From Nemertoderma westbladi (taxonomy: Eukaryota; Animalia; Xenacoelomorpha), in contig JAUCBJ010007469.1 in the NCBI GenBank assembly GCA_032718475.1, positions 1 to 42,677 on the forward strand: 42,677 nt of DNA. Direction: 5' to 3'. Within the stretch, counting starts at the first letter, position 1. Each line of letters starts with the position of its first letter. Under the pieces are notes generated by a model. The model searched no databases and was not told the origin of the DNA. It saw nothing but the letters and a program-made list of their open reading frames with translations. Shown piece after piece: positions 36,001 to 42,677 of this stretch. A program made the position numbers and the translations under genes.

Positions 36001-38074
36001 GCTCATAAAGCAGTCCAGAGAGAAGACAGCGGAAAGTAAGGTAAGTGAGGAACCCGTTTCTAGGAGAAGGGTAACACCAGTATGTTATACCGACGACGGT
36101 GAAAGCCAAACTTCTCAAGGAGAGGACAGCGGGAAAGACACTGACAGGTCTTATTATGTCAATAAAATGCCTAAAGATCAGGTAAGTAAATCCAAGTCTC
36201 GACCCAATGACAGAAGGGAACCGGTACAAAAAACCCCTCCTACGTCTCCTAAAAGAATTCAGGTGAGAAAGCCCGAGGAAAGAACAAGTGTGCACCACAT
36301 AGCACAGGTTAAAGTAAGTAACATCAAGCCGAAATGTGTGCTGTGCGACGGGCCCCACCGTTTGAATGTGTGTGATAAATTCCTGAGGAAATCACTAAAG
36401 GATAGACGTGAAGTCATGTGGGATAAGCGGTTGTGTTATAATTGCCTCAGACGAGGACACCAACGGCGAACCTGTTACTCCGACGCAAGTTGTGCAAAGT
36501 GCGGCGCAAAACATCATATCTTTTTGCACACGGAATTCGAACGAAACAGCCCGAGTCAGGTAAGTGAGTCCGAACTACATGTCCAATTCAGCGATGTGAA
36601 CGACACTGATCAATCTGAGATGGAAGGATTCTATACGGACGAATTCTCCGACCAAAACGAATCCTGTTACCTAATAAACACCACCGCAGTGTATCGAGCA
36701 CTCGTGCATGAGAAAGACACAGACAGCGACCTTACCTTAACTACTTCTGATCAACAACCATCTTGGAAAGCGCCAACTTCCAATATAGGAATCCGAGAAT
36801 TTCCTGTAGTCCAGTTACGGGTCCACGGACCTCAGAAGAGCTATATAGTGAACGCCCTCCTGGACTCCGGTAGCACAGGAACATTCATCGATAAAGAACT
36901 AGCCGAAGTCATCTTTGCTGGACAACCCAAGTTCCGAACCAAGCTAAACATGTCAGGGATCATGCAGGTTTGGAATTCTACTGTAGCTGCCGACTATTAT
37001 ATAGGTGAGTTGTCCACTCCACAGGATAAACTAGGAGAATACAGTATAAGGTCAGTCAAAATGGTGGCAATAAAGAACTTCGCTACCACCCAAGTGGAAC
37101 CTTATAATTGGGACGAAGATGATCATGCCCAACAACTTAACATCCCTAGATTCGACACCGATTATCCTGGAGTACAAATATTAATCGGTCAAAACGCGCA
37201 TGAGGCGCTGGAGACATTGGAGAAACGACCTGCTCAACCGCAACCACTTCAGACCTATGCGGTAAGAACTAGAGTAGGTTGGTACCTTACTGGACCTTCC
37301 CGAAGAACGCTCAGAGAAAGACTGCTTCAAGATCGCGTCTGCCAGGTGAGTGAATGGGAAGATGATACTAGTGAGGGAGACGACCCAACTGAGGGAACAC
37401 CACACTCCTCAGATAATGACAATCTTAACTCCAATGTAGATCAATGGAGATATTGCCCCAAGACGATGAATATAGCCGACATCGCTTCCAGAGGAGCAAC
37501 TCCTCAAGAACTGACAGATACTCCAGACCGGCTAGGTGAACCCGACTTCCTGAGTAAGGAGGATGAATGGCCTCCCCATCTTACTCCGACTGAGATTAGA
37601 CCAGCCAAGGGAGCGGAGAAAGTCAAACCTAAAACCCGGACGGGTGGATCGGAGTTATTTGAACCCGGGATAGATCTGTCGGTATTACATATTGCCAGGG
37701 ACGACGCCGTTGATCTGGACCTCCCCACCGCGAGTGGATCCTTCATGAAGATCAGAGAGAGCGATTGGAGCTCTGGAACATCAGACGTCTCGCAGGGACT
37801 CTCACCTCTCCTGCAGGGAGCGACGGACCGCTATAGCTCCTGGAATTGGCTTTGTAAGGCCGTCGTGTACTTAGAGCGATGTTTCTATCGTCACTATTCC
37901 AGGACGAAGAGGAAACCTGGAATTGTATTCGGGATGCAGCGACTCAATCACCCAGTCGGTCGTTTGTGTTTACCGGAAGGGAATGGAGGACTCTCCGGAA
38001 ACTGTGGAAGGCAAGATTCTCTTCCCACGACCACCTCCCTAATCCTTCAAACATCTAGGGACTCCATAACGTAA
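33023..38074 (+). CDS. BEL/Pao Gag-aspartic protease polyprotein with RNase H C-terminal remnant, 1683 aa
   Basis: DUF1759-like 'KFNGDEMKWLPF...LSNGEKLRFLIECLEG', three Zn knuckles (CVLCDGPHRLNVC, CYNCLRRGHQRRTC, CAKCGAKHHIFLH), protease 'ALLDSGSTGTFI', 'ILIGQN', 'RTRVGWYLTGP', then 'QWRYCP..NIADIASRG' and 'YSSW'. Confidence 0.92.
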   Translation: MSDTKQNLSDSLLDVTICDSDRGVEPSSRKFSSPPTVRKVIPPVVITEPRLVQHRRSIIGTRAQVKRDQEAAEQQQPASQELISQRPNSSSSEDTVELIPERGAKMTDAVYSDPLLILPAAVLTRLLIAVEEHQIDWARSQRSTKDSYAGYTREELKSIVESQWNFPGPGLPFDLSEAAWEDIHRMGVAKETIDPAVWKRSAAGYVQGFFSSMERVKGQLFQQPQGPQEQGQLLYQVRERILRIRLILSAFEEASKRRQDTSLQVAVKTWFQRVSLQVQGTAQWKAQLEERSTHGESTDATFSQVESEATAEKPHKRDAIDIYLSDYQRFLGDEELRRRLDGLSPNSEGTQRVLDAIDVEMRAANQAKFDEQLRLTRVQEEQVKKKRIEDRKKAAVVAAEAERKAAAAEAAAEAKAAEAERKAAAEAAAEAAAAEAKATEAERKAAEAERKAAAAAAEAKAAEAERKAAEAERKAAEAVAEAERRATEETTQLELENIQENQDCINKQLTASNMQMMNRSTPKRQGYTSSEEGDTTDTEGKGNRSRLSRRRRTSHRQKLPDLPPAVRRQLNNTNLGSTEPTDQIIKIERLPTIVDEPEIIRPVLEITPSVIDTPVLPEATSKFPLHSTKLSVPSRTAHETVQVLDPERNIHDLSPVVPRPPATTLATPASAVEWVDERRRGMDLLLGQMQETVQQFKGTVRESRLELQEVQQSIALERDKLVNTKKGIPPPLVTICQPVRSEVSHAQGVEPTRIYTASEVETPIVNPIKSNHRPVDNDIPYRPDHNPRNLYTDNSILNNTMAQESFTRQMARTEARQAVKVGEIVKFNGDEMKWLPFNEYYKDNIQNSVLSNGEKLRFLIECLEGSPKLMALKFIGHPDGLRQVWDTLNIRYGNRKNIAGYLYAKLVAPRKFISSGIIEFSDEIQEICRQLDWLGKSHEYQSAMVIRAVASTLPKGGVGTRWDKKVLYMMEQQQRDPTMADLMSFLDSEVKLQLIKQSREKTAESKVSEEPVSRRRVTPVCYTDDGESQTSQGEDSGKDTDRSYYVNKMPKDQVSKSKSRPNDRREPVQKTPPTSPKRIQVRKPEERTSVHHIAQVKVSNIKPKCVLCDGPHRLNVCDKFLRKSLKDRREVMWDKRLCYNCLRRGHQRRTCYSDASCAKCGAKHHIFLHTEFERNSPSQVSESELHVQFSDVNDTDQSEMEGFYTDEFSDQNESCYLINTTAVYRALVHEKDTDSDLTLTTSDQQPSWKAPTSNIGIREFPVVQLRVHGPQKSYIVNALLDSGSTGTFIDKELAEVIFAGQPKFRTKLNMSGIMQVWNSTVAADYYIGELSTPQDKLGEYSIRSVKMVAIKNFATTQVEPYNWDEDDHAQQLNIPRFDTDYPGVQILIGQNAHEALETLEKRPAQPQPLQTYAVRTRVGWYLTGPSRRTLRERLLQDRVCQVSEWEDDTSEGDDPTEGTPHSSDNDNLNSNVDQWRYCPKTMNIADIASRGATPQELTDTPDRLGEPDFLSKEDEWPPHLTPTEIRPAKGAEKVKPKTRTGGSELFEPGIDLSVLHIARDDAVDLDLPTASGSFMKIRESDWSSGTSDVSQGLSPLLQGATDRYSSWNWLCKAVVYLERCFYRHYSRTKRKPGIVFGMQRLNHPVGRLCLPEGNGGLSGNCGRQDSLPTTTSLILQTSRDSIT
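34200..34480 (+). repeat. Coding tandem repeat (AAEAERKA)n in Gag
   Basis: Repeated gcggccgaagctgaaagaaa units encoding an A/E/K/R-rich helix. Confidence 0.9.
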
Positions 38075-39538
38075 CAACATATGGAGTGGGTGTGTGACTC
38101 TATTATTTTATATTATTTTATTATTTTTATATTTATGTATGTATTACTATGTAATTTTATTATAATCGTTTTATTTAATTTAGTAGAATCTTATTTAGCG
38201 ATTATTTAGTAGAATAGTGCAATATATTCGTGTTTATTGCGTACGTAATTACTTATATTATATTTAGTGCGACGGCGAGAAATAATTCTTTTCCTCCTTC
38301 CTTACTGTCCGTATTACATTACAAATACGTAACTACAGTAAGATGAAATGTCCGTACTTATTAAAGTACAATAAAGCCACTACTATATTCAAGTATTATT
38401 GGTAGGCAGAGTATTAGGAATGCAAAGTTCAGATCCTCGTGTCTCGGCTAAACCAAGCTCTGGGTAGACCTTGGAAACGACTTGCCTCTTCACACTGACA
38501 TTGCTTCGTGCGATATTGCTCTCATACCGTATATTAAATAATACATATAGTAGCGTGATGTCCCTTTAACAGTAGCGTATAACGCAAAATAAATCTGTTA
38601 AACCTTTTGACCATCTGTAATTCTAGTCGATTAAGATATCGCGGCACCCACCGATATACTTGAAAGACAAAATTCTAGAATCAGTGGTTAACGTCCCCAG
38701 ACAAGTTCTGGAATAAATCGGTGCCCATCTCAAATATTAATTATTTAATATTTGCAAATCTAATAAATCAAAATCTGTAAAATTCAGATCCTTCAACAAT
38801 TCTAGTCAATTAAGATATCGTAGCATTTACCGATATTCTTAAAAAGACAATTGTCATAGAATTAAGGATCTTGTGTCCCCAGACATGTTCTAGAATCAAA
38901 ATATGTCAATTTAATTATCAAATAATAAAATTTCAGGGAATAAATTTAAATTCATGCCTTTTAATGAATTTAATAAATTGCCATTTTTACGCAATTTATA
39001 ACATTCCCAAAATTCCATTAATTAATAGATCAAGGGAGCGGAGATTTATCTTATTATGCGTATGAGTGTGCGAAAGTCTCCCAAACATAGTCAATAGCCG
39101 ATAAAATTCATAAAGTCATGTATAAAACAGGACATTGACCATTAAAGAATTACTATTAAATAACATCCCAGATCTGTATGCATTGGAATTACCCTAATTC
39201 TACCGCTAGCTTTGCATAATGTCACCATAGCAACAACCACGCTAGAATTAGAATTGAGTTAAAAGAACAATAGAAAGCTTGTCCCATTGAATAGCATAGG
39301 GAATAAATAGTGCACTGCTAGTATCCAAGGATACATAATAATACAGTGACATTCTGGAAGGCATTGACTAACGGACAAATGGCCCGAGTGTGTGTAATTT
39401 GTGACAAGTTGTGTGTGTGGTATTTGTGAGTTTATAGGCGAATGTTACTACTAAGGTGTGTTTACAGTAGCGAGTCGCAATTGTGAAAGTAACCCTAACT
39501 CTCCAGTAAGAACCTGAGGTGTATCTAAGCCTTTGGGA

Positions 39539-39684
39539 CGGACAGTCGAGTGACTTGTGCCGGTTGTCGTTGTCGTTGTGCGGCTACGTCGTTGGCGAAA
39601 GTACAGCGGCGACGACACATCGGCGCTGAGGATCTCGCACTGTCCGGGGGCTGATTGGGGTAGGCAGCGACGCTCGCTAGCCTA
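39539..39684 (+). other. GC-rich long hairpin (~108 nt) plus a short hairpin, upstream of the decayed second ORF
   Basis: cggacagtcgag/ctcgcactgtccg, gtgccggt/atcggcgc, the 17-bp tgtcgttgtcgttgtgc/gtacagcggcgacgaca, and taggcagcga/tcgctagccta. Confidence 0.65.
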
Positions 39685-39728
39685 AATATAAGCTCATTAT
39701 AATATTAATAAACTCATATATAGCAGAT

Positions 39729-41125
39729 ATGACGGAGTTGATAGAAGATGGTCTTGGTATCAGGGAGCGATATACTCTACTTTCAAGCGTTTGTTGATAG
39801 CTTGATACGCGGTGATACTAGTCCAACTACTACGAAGGATGATGGTCGTTATATCGAACCTACGATTTCCTGGAAGTAACTTACGCGTGAATTGGACTAT
39901 GGAAAATTCACCGCTCGCTACACGCATTGTAATGGTACGTATATGGACTTCTTAACCATTGGCCATTCTATCGATTTACACGATACGGACTATGTCGAAC
40001 ATATCCTACCCAGAGGAGTCGAAACGATAAACCAAAATTCTAATGCGAAAATCCTATTCGAAATCGACTCGAAAGAAAAGACATTAAAGAAACAAATAAA
40101 CGCGGTAACTCCAACATATATTTGGAATTCTTGATAGAAGCCTTGTAACAACAAATAAATATCATCCGCGTTTCCCCTACCAGACGTGCGTCTTTGGTAT
40201 TATTACGATAAATGCCCTAGACCCAGCAAATAAACGGAAAGACATAAACATCCACGGAAACGTTGTGTTAAACACAGTTGTGCTCGTTATATTTACTGGA
40301 GTTTCGAGCGAAACTTGTTTGACGTATCACCTATGCTCACTCGGCTCGAACGATCCTGGAGTAAACCTACGATCAGAGTCCCGGAATACTCGGTCAAACC
40401 TCCTCATTCCTTAGTTGGACCTCAGACCTGCGATCCTGGTGGTGTTGCGGATCCTCGCGGACTGTATTCACTGTTCAAAGATCTAGTGCTACCCTAACAA
40501 TTAATCGGTAACACTCCGACAGTGATTTCTAGCTAGCCGCCCATCTTACCTAGCCGGATTGTGACGCGGACACCTAATATCACTATCCAACCGTATGGTC
40601 GTCCCCGTTTAACGCGATACAACCCTTCATCAAGGTGAAGGAGAACGTTGTGCGAAACGAATTAAACGCTATTCTACAAAGATCAAAAAGAAACCTGCGT
40701 TTGTTCAGATAAACGTAAGTTATAACAGTAAGTCCAATCGATAAACGAATTGGCCTTATCTCAGTTCGATTGGGAAATCTCGAATCTCTAAGAAGATATC
40801 AAGCTTAGAAAACCCTATTCTCTGCGAGAGTTTTGGACAAACGTATCCCATGACAAGCGGAGGAAAATCAGCTCGAGGAGAAGCATATCGAAATGGACGA
40901 GACACCGACCGTAAACCCAAACCTTCTAATGCAATTGTATTGCACCCTTTACCCAGGAGTTATAGCCTTTCTAGTAAAGTGGCTCGCCCCAAAGAGAAAA
41001 GGACTCTTGCTGGCCTCGGGAAACTGCGTGAACGCCGTCCGCGCAAGAAAAACTAACTGTTTAGAGTATCTTTATGTTTTAGAAACTGTGATTTTTATAT
41101 TTTATAGACTGAAAATCCCATTTTC
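39729..41125 (+). pseudogene. Decayed coding-like region in the env position of the element; product unknown
   Basis: Chain of short same-strand ORFs (39892, 40315, 40850, 40893) with coding-like composition just before the PPT. No motif recognised. Confidence 0.4.
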
Positions 41126-41134
41126 TGGGAGCGG

Positions 41135-41302
41135 TGTAAAAGCTTTTGCTGAATTGCCCGGTTATTTTTCCTTATTTTTCCCGTAAAATACTCTGTAGTT
41201 GGTTTAATAGGCGTAAGAGGCCGTATTATTGCTGTATCGGTGTTTTTAGAGGATCTAAGAGCTATTTCTTCCGTATGTGTACTGTGGAAGGCATAGTTGA
41301 TG
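41135..41302 (+). repeat. Internal partial LTR copy (first 168 bp) preceded by a PPT-like GGGAGCGG
   Basis: Identical to 29650-29817. Confidence 0.92.
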
Positions 41303-42481
41303 CTTCTTAACCATTGGCCATTCTATCGATTTACACGATACGGACTATGTCGAACATATCCTACCCAGAGGAGTCGAAACGATAAACCAAAATTCTAATG
41401 CGAAAATCCTATTCGAAATTGACTCGAAAGAAAAGACATTAAAGAAACAAATAAACGCGGTAACTCCAACATATATTTGGAATTCTTGATAGAAGCCTTG
41501 TAACAACAAATAAATATCATCCGCGTTTCCCCTACCAGACGTGCGTCTTTGGTATTATTACGATAAATGCCCTAGACCCAGCAAATAAACGGAAAGACAT
41601 AAACATCCACGGAAACGTTGTGTTAAACACAGTTGTGCTCGTTATATTTACTGGAGTTTCGAGCGAAACTTGTTTGACGTATCACCTATGCTCACTCGGC
41701 TCGAACGATCCTGGAGTAAACCTACGATCAGAGTCCCGGAATACTCGGTCAAACCTCCTCATTCCTTAGTTGGACCTCAGACCTGCGATCCTGGTGGTGT
41801 TGCGGATCCTCGCGGACTGTATTCACTGTTCAAAGATCTAGTGCTACCCTAACAATTAATCGGTAACACTCCGACAGTGATTTCTAGCTAGCCGCCCATC
41901 TTACCTAGCCGGATTGTGACGCGGACACCTAATATCACTATCCAACCGTATGGTCGTCCCCGTTTAACGCGATACAACCCTTCATCAAGGTGAAGGAGAA
42001 CGTTGTGCGAAACGAATTAAACGCTATTCTACAAAGATCAAAAAGAAACCTGCGTTTGTTCAGATAAACGTAAGTTATAACAGTAAGTCCAATCGATAAA
42101 CGAATTGGCCTTATCTCAGTTCGATTGGGAAATCTCGAATCTCTAAGAAGATATCAAGCTTAGAAAACCCTATTCTCTGCGAGAGTTTTGGACAAACGTA
42201 TCCCATGACAAGCGGAGGAAAATCAGCTCGAGGAGAAGCATATCGAAATGGACGAGACACCGACTGTAAACCCAAACCTTCTAATGCAATTGTATTGCAC
42301 CCTTTACCCAGGAGTTATAGCCTTTCTAGTAAAGTGGCTCGCCCCAAAGAGAAAAGGACTCTTGCTGGCCTCGGGAAACTGCGTGAACGCCGTCCGCGCA
42401 AGAAAAACTAACTGTTTAGAGTATCTTTATGTTTTAGAAACTGTGATTTTTATATTTTATAGACTGAAAATCCCATTTTCT

Positions 42482-42489
42482 GGGAGCGG
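42482..42489 (+). promoter_or_regulatory. Polypurine tract
   Basis: GGGAGCGG immediately before the 3' LTR TG. A second copy lies at 41127-41134. Confidence 0.7.
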
Positions 42490-42677
42490 TGTAAAAGCTT
42501 TTGCTGAATTGCCCGGTTATTTTTCCTTATTTTTCCCGTAAAATACTCTGTAGTTGGTTTAATAGGCGTAAGAGGCCGTATTATTGCTGTATCGGTGTTT
42601 TTAGAGGATCTAAGAGCTATTTCTTCCGTATGTGTACTGTGGAAGGCATAGTTGATGATTCTATGGCAATTCCGTGA
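42490..42677 (+). repeat. 3' LTR (truncated by the window end)
   Basis: Identical to 29650-29837. Confidence 0.92.

Larger units (their letters stand above)
39948..42657 (+). repeat. 1355-bp tandem duplication (39948-41302 and 41303-42657)
   Basis: ORFs repeat at an exact 1355 offset. The junction is gttgatg|cttcttaacc at 41302/41303. Confidence 0.97.
29650..42677 (+). mobile_element. BEL/Pao LTR retrotransposon, non-autonomous (Gag-PR intact, no RT or IN); 3' LTR runs off the window
   Basis: LTR start TGTAAAAGC at 29650, 41135 and 42490. 29650-29837 is identical to 42490-42677. The internal ORF has BEL/Pao Gag and protease motifs. Confidence 0.92.

Noticed and set aside
39594-39635. Hammerhead-like words GAAA and CUGAGGA in the hairpin
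   Set aside because: Stems I-III cannot be built around them in any hammerhead permutation I tried.

Overview
AT-rich, repeat-rich genomic DNA from a eukaryote, most likely an invertebrate animal (GT-AG introns, RTE/CR1 LINEs, a BEL/Pao element). It is not prokaryotic and has no CRISPR array. Host genes on the minus strand are an intronless SMYD4-like SET/MYND gene, an Rpr2/Rpp21/SNM1-family gene resembling C18orf21/RMP24, a 3-exon TMEM42 ending only 78 bp upstream of that gene, and a 3-exon HAD-IIA phosphoglycolate/pyridoxal phosphatase. On the plus strand is a truncated PRP19 copy (U-box plus coiled coil only). Intergenic and intronic DNA holds MITEs, a 2.9-kb TIR element with an 8-bp TSD, LINE fragments and a 49-bp minisatellite. 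The last 13 kb (29650 to the end) is a young BEL/Pao LTR retrotransposon inserted into that minisatellite. It keeps an open 1683-aa Gag-protease ORF but lacks RT and integrase. It also carries tandem ~275-nt G-U-rich rod-like RNA hairpins upstream of gag, a ~110-nt hairpin before a decayed second ORF, and a 1355-bp tandem duplication that copies the PPT and LTR start. All alignments and base pairings were done by eye.
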